From a virus, in the IMG/VR virus record IMGVR_UViG_3300030620_000002, positions 1 to 43,383 of that record: 43,383 bases of DNA; one strand, 5' to 3'. The notes beneath the pieces are model-generated. The model had not been told where the DNA came from. It saw only the letters and a program-made list of their open reading frames with translations, and ran no database searches. The translations under genes and the position numbers were made by a program. Positions 8,006 through 17,297 of the stretch are shown piece by piece. The first letter of the stretch is position 1. Each line of letters opens with the position of its first letter.

Positions 8006-8593
8006 ATGAAGATCCGCCGCTTCCTCTCCAGCCTCGCCGCTTTCGCCGTCGTCGCCGGGTTCCTGCTCCAGCAAGGGGACGTCTCCGCGGCTTCCCTGAC
8101 GTCCCAGGTCCAGCTCCTGGTCAAGGCCGACCTCACCGACACGTCCGGACTGGTCGAGGCCCGCGCGCCCCTCGTCATGCAGAGGATCCTCACCCTCGCG
8201 AGCGGCGACGCCGCGAACGAGGCATCCGTCGTCTGGAGCGACTCCCGCACGATCGCCGCCTCCGGGAGCGAGACCCTGGACTTCGCGGGCGGGGGTTTGA
8301 CGGACCCCTTCGGAGCTGCCGTCGCGCCGGCGAAGATCCGCGCGATCGTCGTGTCGGCCGCCGCGGGCAACACGAACGACGTCGTCCTCGGGAACGACGT
8401 GAACCACGTGCCGATCCTGAGCGACGCCACGACGACGGTCACGATCCAGCCCGGGGGGATCTTCGTCGTGACCGCGCCGGCGCTCGCCGGGGTAGCGGTC
8501 ACGGCGGGCACGGGCGACATCATCGCCGTCGCGAACAGCGGAGCCGGGTCCTCGGTGACGTACTCGATCGTGGTCCTCGGCACGGCGAGCTAG
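8006..8593 (+). CDS. Hypothetical protein with signal-peptide-like N-terminus, inside the tail module
   Basis: MKIRRFLSSLAAFAVVAGFLLQQGDVSAA is followed by a Thr/Ala/Val-rich beta-like sequence. It lies between the tube and chaperone genes. Confidence 0.55.
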   Translation: MKIRRFLSSLAAFAVVAGFLLQQGDVSAASLTSQVQLLVKADLTDTSGLVEARAPLVMQRILTLASGDAANEASVVWSDSRTIAASGSETLDFAGGGLTDPFGAAVAPAKIRAIVVSAAAGNTNDVVLGNDVNHVPILSDATTTVTIQPGGIFVVTAPALAGVAVTAGTGDIIAVANSGAGSSVTYSIVVLGTAS

Positions 8594-8603
8594 GAGGCCG
8601 CGT

Positions 8604-9014
8604 GTGAGCGACGACAGCCCAGCCACTGCTCACGCGACGCCCCTGACGGCAGAGACGCTCGCGGGCCTCGCGGACTGCGAGGTCCTCCCGGTCCCCGTCC
8701 CGGAGTGGGGCGGGACGGCCTACCTCCGGGACCTCCCCGCCGGCGAAGGCCTCGAGCTGGCCGAGAAGGTCCAGGCGCTCTCCAAGGAGGAGCAGCCCCG
8801 CGCCTGCTTCCTGCTCCTGGGTGCCACGCTGTGCGACCCGGACGGGCGCCCACTCTTCGAGACCCTCGAGAGGGCCGAGGAGGTCCTGAAGCGGCGTAGC
8901 GGACGCGTCCTCGTCCACCTCCAGGACGTCGCGATGAAGCACCTCGGCTGGATCAAAGACGGGGGAAAAGGCGGCTTCGCGCCAGCGGGGGGCGACGGTT
9001 CGCCTACCGCCTAG
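8604..9014 (+). CDS. Tail assembly chaperone (gpG-like)
   Basis: GTG with a TAGGAGG RBS. It sits before the tape measure gene and contains a slippery site near its 3' end. Confidence 0.8.
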   Translation: MSDDSPATAHATPLTAETLAGLADCEVLPVPVPEWGGTAYLRDLPAGEGLELAEKVQALSKEEQPRACFLLLGATLCDPDGRPLFETLERAEEVLKRRSGRVLVHLQDVAMKHLGWIKDGGKGGFAPAGGDGSPTA

Positions 9015-9367
9015 CGCTCCGGCTCGGCCACATCAACGTCGACCGGATGCTGGCGCAGGTCAGCACCCGCCAATTCAACGAATGGCGCGACTACGCGGAC
9101 CTCGAGCCGTTCGACGAGAAGCGCGCCGACCTGCGGGCTGCGTCGATCGTCCAGGCGCTCGTCAACCTCCTCGGCCGCCGCAAGGGCCAGCCCGCGGTCA
9201 AGCTCGAGGAGTGCGCCCTCCGGCTCCAGGAGAAGCAGGAGCGGCAGAGCCGCGAGCAGCTCGTCCGGATGATGACCGTGATCGGGCAGATGTACGGCGC
9301 GGAGCCGGAGACGCCCCGGCTCCTCGACGCGAGCGGCCGGCCGATCCGCTCGGCGGCGGAGGACTGA
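8604..9367 (+). CDS. Tail assembly chaperone G-T fusion produced by a -1 frameshift at 8963-8969
   Basis: The -1 frame is open from the slip site to 9367. It encodes HINVDRMLAQVSTRQFNEWRDYADLEPFDEKRADLRAASIV, matching the lambda gpT motif (EFTEWMAYYSLEPFGEERADLRAG). Confidence 0.7.
8963..8969 (+). promoter_or_regulatory. Programmed -1 ribosomal frameshift slippery heptamer G_GGA_AAA
   Basis: The zero-frame codons are GGG GGA AAA GGC. The heptamer fits X_XXY_YYZ (lambda uses G_GGA_AAG). The frame relation is 8604 = 0 mod 3 and 9047 = 2 mod 3, which is a -1 shift. Confidence 0.7.
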
Positions 9368-9371
9368 GCTA

Positions 9372-11720
9372 GTGGCGATCAGCATCGGCGAGCTCCGCGG
9401 CGTCCTCACGCTGCAGGATCGCTTCTCGCAGCCTGCCCAGAACGTGGGCAAGCAGCTCGGCTTCATGTCCGAGTCGTTCCGGACCGTCACCCAGGTCACG
9501 GGCATCGCGGCCGCCGCCGTCACCGGGACGACCGCGGCGATCATCGCGCTCGGCCACCGCGGCGGCGAGATCGCGAACGTCCGCGATTCGTTCGGCAGCC
9601 TCTCCGCCGCGATCGGCCAGTCCGGCGACCGGATGCTCGAGGTCTCCAAGAACAAGACCAAGGGCCTGATCTCCGACTTCGACCTCATGGCCGCGGGCAA
9701 CCAGGCGATGCTCCTCGGGCTGCCCGTGACCGAGCAATCGCTCGGGACCATGGCTGAGGCCGCGACGGTCCTCGGGCGGGCGATGAAGCAGGACGCGGGG
9801 AAGTCGCTCCAGGACCTGACGACCGCGCTGGGCCGGAGCTCCCCGCTGATCCTCGACAACCTCGGCCTCACGGTGAAGGTGGGCGAGGCGAACCAGGCCT
9901 ACGGGCGAGAGCTCGGCAAGTCCACCGGCGAGCTCACCGAGGCCGAGAAGAAGATGGCGTTCTACAACGCCGCCATGACGGCCGCGCAGCAGAAGACGGA
10001 GGAGCTCGGCGGCATCCAGCTCACGTTCCGCGACCGGATCCAGCGAGCCCGCGTCGCCGCCGAGAACTTCGTCGACGGGCTCAGCGTGGGTGTCGCGACG
10101 TCTCCCGTCTTCGCTGCCGGCATGGACGCCGTCGGTGAGGCCGTCGAGCGCGCCTTCGGCGGCCGCCAGCAGCAGGCGATCCAGTCCGTGCTCGGGTTCC
10201 TCGAGGGGTTCGCGATCGGCCTGGTCCAGGCCGGGCAGGTGGGGGTCGAGGTGGCCCGCTTCATCCACAACGCCTGGCACGGACTGCAGCTGATCTTCAA
10301 CCAGGTGTTGGGGGACCTCCTCGGCGGACTCGGGGGGATCGTCGACGGCGTGGCGTTGGTGCTCGAAGCCCACGCCCAGATCCCCGGCATCGGTCGACTG
10401 TACGAGGGGGCCGCGGCGACGGTCCGCGGCGTCGCCGCCGACATCGAGCACCTCGCGGGCGGCTTCCGGGCGCAGGCCGCGGACGCGCTCAAGGCGGCCG
10501 GCGAGACGAACGCCGGCTACGACAAGGTCAAGGGCGTGCTCGGGGAGGTCGAGACCGCGATGCGGGGCGCGATGGGCGCCAACCGCGACATGGGCGCCGC
10601 GGCGGCGGACACGGCGAAGGCGACGGCGGAACTCGGCGAAGAGACCGGGCGCGCCTCCGAGGCGTCAGCTCGCCTCGCGGAGCAGAACAGGAGGGCGTGG
10701 GAAGAGTACGCCCGCGCGCAGGAGGAGGCCGCGGTACAGATCGCGGACCGCACCCGCCAGCTCGAGGAAGAGCTCGCCCTGGCCAACGCCGAAGGGCTGG
10801 AGAAACGCCTCCTCGACATCCAGTTCCAGCGCGACGAAGAGCTGCGGGGGATCGAGGGCCTGAAGGTCGGGTACCAGGAGCAATACGCCGAGCTCGTCGA
10901 GATGATCAACCAGAAGTATGCGGAGATGGGGGCGGCGGCGCAGCGCCAGCACACCAGCATCGCCGCCGGCGCGGACGAGCTCGGGTTCAAGACGCGCGCG
11001 GCGCTCGAGGAGACGGCTCTCCACGCTCAAGAGACGTACGAGCGGATGCTCGAGAGCGGCCTCTTCACCACCGACACGCTGCGTGCGGCCTACGAGGCCG
11101 CCGAGGAGGCGAAGCGCCAGGCGACGGGCAAGACCGAGACTTATCAGCTCACAGCGGCCGAGGCCGTCGTGCAGGGGACGGTCGAGATCTTCGGCGTGCT
11201 GGGCCAGAAGTACAAGGCTGCCGCCATCGCCGGCGCCATCATCAGCACGTACCAGGCGATCGCGAAGGCCCTTGCCTCGGCGCCGTGGCCTTGGAGCCTC
11301 GCCCTCGCCGCCGGTGCTGCAGCCACGGGCTGGGCGAACGTGGACAGGATCCGAAGTTCGGACGCCGGCTGGCGCCTGGGCACACCCGGCACCGAGTTCC
11401 GCGACTTCGGCCGCGAGTCTCTGGAGCTGCTCCACGGCCCGGAGGCGGTGGTGACCGTCGCCCAGGGCGAGAGCCTTGCGGGAATGGTCGAGCAGGGCAT
11501 CCGGCGCGGCTACGAAGCCGGGGTGCGGCACGGAGCGAGCGGGCGTGTCGGCGGCGCCGCCGAGCGGCTCCGCATGCGCTCCGGCGCCGGTTCGGCCGGC
11601 GGCGCCGCCCAGCAGGTCGTCCTCAACCTCCAGCTCGCCGGGCGGTCCGTGGGCGAGGCCCTGCTCGAGCTCAGTGAGGACAGGTCCGTTCGGATCAGTC
11701 AGAGCGCGGTGATCGGCTGA
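9372..11720 (+). CDS. Tail tape measure protein (782 aa)
   Basis: Size, Ala/Gly/Glu-rich helical composition and the N-terminal TMP pattern (LISDFDLMAAGNQAMLLGLP...LILDNLGLTVKVGEANQAY). It directly follows G/GT. Confidence 0.9.
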   Translation: MAISIGELRGVLTLQDRFSQPAQNVGKQLGFMSESFRTVTQVTGIAAAAVTGTTAAIIALGHRGGEIANVRDSFGSLSAAIGQSGDRMLEVSKNKTKGLISDFDLMAAGNQAMLLGLPVTEQSLGTMAEAATVLGRAMKQDAGKSLQDLTTALGRSSPLILDNLGLTVKVGEANQAYGRELGKSTGELTEAEKKMAFYNAAMTAAQQKTEELGGIQLTFRDRIQRARVAAENFVDGLSVGVATSPVFAAGMDAVGEAVERAFGGRQQQAIQSVLGFLEGFAIGLVQAGQVGVEVARFIHNAWHGLQLIFNQVLGDLLGGLGGIVDGVALVLEAHAQIPGIGRLYEGAAATVRGVAADIEHLAGGFRAQAADALKAAGETNAGYDKVKGVLGEVETAMRGAMGANRDMGAAAADTAKATAELGEETGRASEASARLAEQNRRAWEEYARAQEEAAVQIADRTRQLEEELALANAEGLEKRLLDIQFQRDEELRGIEGLKVGYQEQYAELVEMINQKYAEMGAAAQRQHTSIAAGADELGFKTRAALEETALHAQETYERMLESGLFTTDTLRAAYEAAEEAKRQATGKTETYQLTAAEAVVQGTVEIFGVLGQKYKAAAIAGAIISTYQAIAKALASAPWPWSLALAAGAAATGWANVDRIRSSDAGWRLGTPGTEFRDFGRESLELLHGPEAVVTVAQGESLAGMVEQGIRRGYEAGVRHGASGRVGGAAERLRMRSGAGSAGGAAQQVVLNLQLAGRSVGEALLELSEDRSVRISQSAVIG

Positions 11721-12802
11721 TGGACCGCTTCGCCTACCGCAACCTGGTGGCGGCCGTCGAGGGGGCCCTGATCATCCCCTCGGCCTCGCAGCCTGGCTTC
11801 ACCTCGAGGAACCTGAGGGATCCTCTCCGCTCGGTGGAATGGCGCTCGCCGGTCGGCCACACGATCGGGCGCTTCAACGACCGGCTCGACTTCGAGCGGT
11901 CGAGCGTCCCCTACGCCGCCGTGCTCACCCACGGAACGTATGCGACGCCAGACGACCTCGCCGAGCACGTCGAGGCCCGAATGAACGCCGAGGATGCCAA
12001 CAGCTACAACATCGTCCCGAACACCACCTCGGGGCAGAGCAAGTTCCAGATCACCGGCTCCGCCGCCTTCGAGCTCCGCTTCGCCACGGGCGCCAACCTG
12101 GCGCGCTCGATCGCCCTCGACCTGGGCCACTCCGAGATCGACAAGACCGGAGCCAACAACTACGCGTCGAACGTGGACGCCTACCACTCGCGCGCCTGGA
12201 TCGTCGTCGACCTTCTGACGGCGCAGGCTTTCCAGCGGGCCCTCATCCTCGGCCACAACCTGACCCCAGGCGCGAGCGTGGTCCTCGAGGCGAACGACTC
12301 GGACGCGTGGACTACGCCCGCCGCCGCGCTGTCCCTGCCGGTTGCCGGCATCTACCGCGGAGCGGACTTTGCCGAGGCGACCTGGCGCTACGTGCGGCTC
12401 GAGCTCGACGACCGCAGCAACCCCGATGCCTTCACGCGGATCGGGGCGTTCTTCGTCGGGCCCTACTTCGAGCCATCGAGGGGGCACTCGCTCGCCGAGC
12501 GCCACGGCCGTACCGGTGCGTCGCGCGCGGTCCGGGCCCGGCAGGGAGCCCTTCACCAGGTCCGGTACCAGCAGGGCGGAGAGTGGGGGATCACCTTCGA
12601 GGGCCTCACCGACGCCGACAGGGCGTCATTCGAGGTCCTCGCCGACGACGTGCGTGCGGGCGGGTCGTTCTTCTGGACGCACGACGCCGCCGACCTCTCG
12701 GACACCCACTACCTGACCTTCGTCGACTTCGCCTTCGAGCGCCTCGAGGAGACGGACGACAAGTGGATCCTCGCCCTCGACCTCGAGGAGGCGCTCGGGT
12801 GA
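11720..12802 (+). CDS. Minor tail / distal tail protein candidate (360 aa)
   Basis: TGATG overlap with the tape measure gene. Called by position; no family recognised. Confidence 0.6.
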   Translation: MDRFAYRNLVAAVEGALIIPSASQPGFTSRNLRDPLRSVEWRSPVGHTIGRFNDRLDFERSSVPYAAVLTHGTYATPDDLAEHVEARMNAEDANSYNIVPNTTSGQSKFQITGSAAFELRFATGANLARSIALDLGHSEIDKTGANNYASNVDAYHSRAWIVVDLLTAQAFQRALILGHNLTPGASVVLEANDSDAWTTPAAALSLPVAGIYRGADFAEATWRYVRLELDDRSNPDAFTRIGAFFVGPYFEPSRGHSLAERHGRTGASRAVRARQGALHQVRYQQGGEWGITFEGLTDADRASFEVLADDVRAGGSFFWTHDAADLSDTHYLTFVDFAFERLEETDDKWILALDLEEALG

Positions 12803-15800
12803 GCCTGGTGGTCCCCGGGCGCCCCGGGCTCGTGTCGGGGCTGCGGCCGCTCACGGAGCTGCGTGAGGAGTCGGCCGCCGGCCTCGAGTACCTGGTGGAG
12901 CTGCGCCTCGGGCAGCTCGTGCGAGGCCCCTGGTCGAAATTCGGCACCAACGTCTGGGGGGCGCGCTTCGCGGCGTCATTTCGCGGTGCGGACCTCCCCG
13001 CGTCCGCCGCGCGTAGCCTCCGGGACGCCGGCCTCGAGCGCGTCGAGTCGCTCACGGCCTGCGACGCCGAGCCCGGGACCTTCTTCGTCGACGGCGTCGC
13101 CGACGCCGGCCACCGCTGGGGGGACGGAGTCACGCGGTGGGGCTCGCACTACCTCGGGCTGCCGACGGCGCTCTACGAGTTCGAGGCCAACGGCCTGGAC
13201 GCCACGGGTATCCACCACCTGACCCCGTCAGGGAGCCCGGCGTACGTCGCAGGGCTTCAGGGCCAGGCAGTGCACCTGGACGACGCCCCCTACTACTCGC
13301 TCCCCGCGGCCGCGGCGACGGCGTTCAACCCCGGGGCGGGCAACTGGACGCTGGCCGCGAAGGTTCGCCTCCTGACCGCAGGGACGTTCCGCGTCATCGC
13401 CGCTCACGGCGGCACCACGACGCCGGCGAGACCTGGCTGGCAGTTGGGCTACGGGACGACGGGCGGGGGAAACCACAGAGCGCTACTCATCCTCATCAAG
13501 CCCGACCTCTCCGAGATCAGGCTCGAGAGCAGCACGCTGCTGACGGTCGACGGAGCGTGGCATGACCTCGTGTTTGTAGCCGACAAGCTGGGCACGGACA
13601 CAGGGTATCTCTGGATCGACCGCGTTCTCGAGGATACGGCGGACCTGTCGAGCTACTCGACGATCGTCGCGGACACGGAATTCTTCGTGGGCCGCAACAT
13701 CAACGGCTTGGAGTGGGCCGGGTACATCGACCAGCTCGGCTGGTGGAAGGAGCAGGCGTGGACCGAGGACCAGGTCCTCCGCTACGGCTTCGCCCCCGTG
13801 GGCTCTCCGCCGGTCGGGCTCGTCATCGATGCGACCGGTGCGCGGCCGCGCTGGGGCGCCTTCCCGCGCCTCTACGTCCACCTCGCCGATGGCAGCTCGC
13901 CGGCACGCACCTCCGTCCTCGTCTCTCTCTCGACGTGGCTCTCCGAGCGCGGCCAGGCGGTGCCGCAGCTTGGCCGCGAGAAGCTCACCGACGGCGGCTT
14001 CGAGGAGTGGGACAGCAGCTCCGAGCTCACGCACTGGTCCGAGATCATGAACTCGGGGTTCGCGCTCAGCCAGGAGACGGAGCTCGTCCGCAGCGGCTCC
14101 TTCGCCGCGCGGATCGACTGGGACGGCACCGCCGGCATCAGCTTCATCTTCCAGCCGGAGACCACCGTGGTTGGGGCCTGGTACCGGGTCTCGGGAGAGT
14201 ACCTGACGGGCCCGGAGAACGACGCGTCTGACCCGATCCGGATCGGGGTTGGCAACGGTACGGCCGGATTCCTCCTCGCCGGCGGGCGATCGACCGGCGG
14301 CGAAGGGGTCGACCTCCAGCGGACGGGCGGAGAGTGGCGCCGCTTCTACTTCGACGTCCTCGCCCACACCGCGGCGCCGGTCGTGAGGATCCTCGCGCGC
14401 TGCAATTCGGGGCAGCCCGGGTTCCTCGTCGTCGACCGGGTCTCCTTCCGCCCGATCTACTCCTGGGAGCAGGCCCACCCTCGCCTCCTCGAGGGCTCCA
14501 CGCCCACCGCCGAGCTGGGGACGAACGACGCCCTCTTCGGCGGCGACAAGGTCGGCCGCGGCGACCTCCGCCTGGTCAACGCCGACGGCTTCTTCTCCGA
14601 GCTGCTCGGGACCTTCGCGAGCCTCGGACAGGAGGCGCACGTCTACGAGTCCGGGACCTTCCGCGACGGGCAACCCATCCCCGCCGACGACTGGCGTCCC
14701 GTCTTCACCGGCCGCACGCAGCGCCCAGTCGTCGAGGACGCCGTCGCCCAGATCCCGCTCCGCGACGGGCGCGGAGATCTCCACCGCCAGGTCCCGCCGC
14801 GCAAGTACTCCCAGCTCGACCAGCCGCGGCTCGACCTGAGCCAGGAAGGCAAGTCGCGGCCGGTGTGGCTCGGCCCGAAGACCGGGATCAGCCCGGTCCG
14901 GATCGACTTCAGCGAGGACGGCTTCGGGGTGTACGAGCTCGCGGACACCGGCTGGGACCTCCCGTTCCCACTCGCGCCCGCGGGGCTCAAGTCGATCGAC
15001 GCCGTCTACGCCTACGCCTCGCGTGAGGCGGCCGCGGCGCGGCTCGCGGCCGACCGCGCGCTGCTCACCCCCGGTACTCACTACAGCGTGGACCTGGTGC
15101 GGGGCACCCTCACCGTGCTCGTCCACCTTGGTCCCTTCATCCTGCCCGACGACCTCTTCCTCGACTTCGACACGGGCGGATCGACGCTCTCCGCCACCAT
15201 CCAGGCCGGCACCTACGCCTCGGTTTCGGAGGTCGCCGCCGAGACCCAGGCAGCGATCCGAGCCGAGATCGGGGGCGGAGACGTCACGGGCCTCTGCGAG
15301 TTCGACGTCGAGGCGAAGTCGTACCGGGTCGGCCGCACCTCCGGCACCTTCAACCTCCGCGCCCAGTCCGGGCCCAACCGGGACCTCGGGATCTACAGCC
15401 TCCTCGGCTTCGCCGCGTCGGCGGATCAGACCGGGATGTCGTCCTACCTCGGGAGCCCGGTCCTCACTGACGTGGACAAGCAGCACGTGATCCGGGTCGA
15501 CGGCGAGGGCTACAAGGACGACTCCTCGGGCACCTACACCGGCTCGGCGGACGGTCTCATCACCCTCGGCGCCGACGTCGCGCGGCTCCTCTGGCACCGG
15601 TTCATGGGGCGGTCTCTCGCCCTGGTGGACGAGCCCTCCTTCGCCGCTGCCCGCACCGCGCGCCCGGCGAAGCTCGGACTCTACCTGAGGTCGGAGGAGA
15701 GCACCGCCGCCGTCCTCGAGGCGCTCAAGCTCTCGACCCTGTCGGACATCGTGATCGACGGCGCCGGGCGGGTCTCCTACCTGCCCTACTCCTCCACGGT

Positions 15801-16254
15801 CCCCGCCTCCGCCGAGCAGCTCTTCGACCGGGACTACCTCGCCTGGTCGATGAGCCGGCCGATCCGGGACGTCCACGCGGAGGTCCTCGTCGAGTTCGAC
15901 CTCGACGCCTCGACCGGGACGCCGCGGGTGCGGCGGAAGGCGATGCCGGAGGTCGCCCTCACCGCCGGGAGGTCGGAGGCCAAGACGGTGCGGACCTACC
16001 TCACGGTCGGGAACGACGCCCAGGCCGTGGCGCAGGACCTGGCCACCCTCGCCGCGGCGCAGCCCCGGGAGGTCGCGTTGCAGCTCAAGAGCCGGCTCCG
16101 GGACGCGCGCCCGGGGACCGTCGTGCGCCTGACACGGGACGCCGGGCTGGACCCCTCGGGCCGGCTCGACGACGTCGCCTTCCGCGTCGCGTCGATCGCC
16201 GTTGGAGAGCGCGTCGAGCTGCGTCTTCTGGAGCTCATCGAGCTGGGGAGCTGA
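12799..16254 (+). CDS. Tail fibre/host-specificity protein with LamG-like (ConA-type) and CBM4/9-like domains (1151 aa)
   Basis: GTG 12799 overlaps the upstream stop. The LamG-like stretch is NWTLAAKVRL...WHDLVFVADKLGTDTGYLWIDRVL...FFVGRNINGLEWAGYIDQLGWW. The CBM-like stretch is LTDGGFEEWDSSSELTHWSEI...SGSFAARIDW...RVSGEY...VVDRVSF. Confidence 0.75.
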   Translation: MSLVVPGRPGLVSGLRPLTELREESAAGLEYLVELRLGQLVRGPWSKFGTNVWGARFAASFRGADLPASAARSLRDAGLERVESLTACDAEPGTFFVDGVADAGHRWGDGVTRWGSHYLGLPTALYEFEANGLDATGIHHLTPSGSPAYVAGLQGQAVHLDDAPYYSLPAAAATAFNPGAGNWTLAAKVRLLTAGTFRVIAAHGGTTTPARPGWQLGYGTTGGGNHRALLILIKPDLSEIRLESSTLLTVDGAWHDLVFVADKLGTDTGYLWIDRVLEDTADLSSYSTIVADTEFFVGRNINGLEWAGYIDQLGWWKEQAWTEDQVLRYGFAPVGSPPVGLVIDATGARPRWGAFPRLYVHLADGSSPARTSVLVSLSTWLSERGQAVPQLGREKLTDGGFEEWDSSSELTHWSEIMNSGFALSQETELVRSGSFAARIDWDGTAGISFIFQPETTVVGAWYRVSGEYLTGPENDASDPIRIGVGNGTAGFLLAGGRSTGGEGVDLQRTGGEWRRFYFDVLAHTAAPVVRILARCNSGQPGFLVVDRVSFRPIYSWEQAHPRLLEGSTPTAELGTNDALFGGDKVGRGDLRLVNADGFFSELLGTFASLGQEAHVYESGTFRDGQPIPADDWRPVFTGRTQRPVVEDAVAQIPLRDGRGDLHRQVPPRKYSQLDQPRLDLSQEGKSRPVWLGPKTGISPVRIDFSEDGFGVYELADTGWDLPFPLAPAGLKSIDAVYAYASREAAAARLAADRALLTPGTHYSVDLVRGTLTVLVHLGPFILPDDLFLDFDTGGSTLSATIQAGTYASVSEVAAETQAAIRAEIGGGDVTGLCEFDVEAKSYRVGRTSGTFNLRAQSGPNRDLGIYSLLGFAASADQTGMSSYLGSPVLTDVDKQHVIRVDGEGYKDDSSGTYTGSADGLITLGADVARLLWHRFMGRSLALVDEPSFAAARTARPAKLGLYLRSEESTAAVLEALKLSTLSDIVIDGAGRVSYLPYSSTVPASAEQLFDRDYLAWSMSRPIRDVHAEVLVEFDLDASTGTPRVRRKAMPEVALTAGRSEAKTVRTYLTVGNDAQAVAQDLATLAAAQPREVALQLKSRLRDARPGTVVRLTRDAGLDPSGRLDDVAFRVASIAVGERVELRLLELIELGS

Positions 16255-16256
16255 GC

Positions 16257-17297
16257 ATGGTCACGCGAAAGAGCAGCGTCTGGACCGAGGGCTACCCGCC
16301 CACCACGAGCCCGCTGGAGCCGTTGGACGAGGGCCCGATCAGGGACATCCACGACTCCATCCCGATCGCGCTGCTCAGCCAGAACTGGCTCCCGCCGCCG
16401 CACCTGTGGAGCGACGGCGCCTCGGCGGCCCCGGACTACTACCTCCCCCTCGGCACCGGCGTGGCGATCGCGCGCGAGACCACGATCGTGAAGATGCCCG
16501 GCTGGGGCGGCGTCCAGCAGAGCGCGAAGGTCACGGCGGGCGGCGGTGACAACGGCTCGCTGCGGCACCGCTTCATCCAGCCGGCGAGCTTCGGCCGCTT
16601 TCACTTCTTGCGGGGCATGGACTTCAGCGTCGCCGTGTGGGTGAAGACGAGCGAGGTCGGCACCGTCCAGCTCATCGTCGACGACGGGGATGCCATCACG
16701 TTCAGCACGGCCCACACGGGCTCTGGAACCGGCGGAGTCGACGGGGACGGCTGGGAGCTGCTGCAGGTGACGCATCCAATCAGCGCAGCCGCCGATCGGC
16801 TCGAGTGCCGTGTCCGTGGCCCGGCCAGCTCGGTCTTCTACGTCGACGCCGGGATGGCCTGTCCCGGCCCGATCCGGCCCGCCGCGTGGCAGCCCTGCCC
16901 GACGATCGTCGCCCGGCTCCCCTGGGTCTACGCAGGAGGCCTGGTGGCCGGGAACGGCGCACTCGACGTCCAGCACACGCTCGACCGGCCTGGGCTCGCA
17001 GTGGCCTGGTACCTGCGCGCCAAGACGGGACCCTCGGGCGCCGCGTTCGCGGCGCAGTTCCGCAAGGGTGGCGCGACGGACCTCTTCACCACGGCCCCCA
17101 CGATCGCGGACGGCCAGACGGTGGGGGAGGCGGGCGGGGTCGCCGGCGACTACCTGGCCCGCTGCCTCGGCCGGCGCCAGTACGTCGAGCTCGACGTCGA
17201 CACCGTCTCCGGCGTCGAGGGGCTGAACGCGCAGCTCGTCGTGATTCACCCCTGGCGGCCGCACGAGCACCTGCTCGACTTCGACGAGATCGACTGA
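16257..17297 (+). CDS. Second tail fibre/receptor-binding candidate (346 aa)
   Basis: Follows the fibre gene. A jelly-roll-like stretch (GMDFSVAVWVKTSEVGTVQLIVDDGD...WELLQVTH...VFYVDAG) resembles a CBM. Confidence 0.55.
   Translation: MVTRKSSVWTEGYPPTTSPLEPLDEGPIRDIHDSIPIALLSQNWLPPPHLWSDGASAAPDYYLPLGTGVAIARETTIVKMPGWGGVQQSAKVTAGGGDNGSLRHRFIQPASFGRFHFLRGMDFSVAVWVKTSEVGTVQLIVDDGDAITFSTAHTGSGTGGVDGDGWELLQVTHPISAAADRLECRVRGPASSVFYVDAGMACPGPIRPAAWQPCPTIVARLPWVYAGGLVAGNGALDVQHTLDRPGLAVAWYLRAKTGPSGAAFAAQFRKGGATDLFTTAPTIADGQTVGEAGGVAGDYLARCLGRRQYVELDVDTVSGVEGLNAQLVVIHPWRPHEHLLDFDEID

Noticed and set aside
11839-12798. The N-terminal extension of track ORF 11839..16254.
   Set aside because: It overlaps the 11720..12802 gene in another frame with junk-like composition. 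The fibre gene starts at GTG 12799, overlapping that gene's stop.
13483-15876. 797-aa minus-strand ORF antisense to the tail fibre gene.
   Set aside because: Shadow ORF with biased Arg/Gly/Glu/Val composition. The + strand frame carries LamG/CBM-like motifs and is coupled to its neighbours.
12799-17297. Diversity-generating retroelement or other hypervariation mechanism acting on the fibre genes.
   Set aside because: No reverse transcriptase ORF is present anywhere in the window. I saw no template/variable direct-repeat pair near the fibre C-termini.
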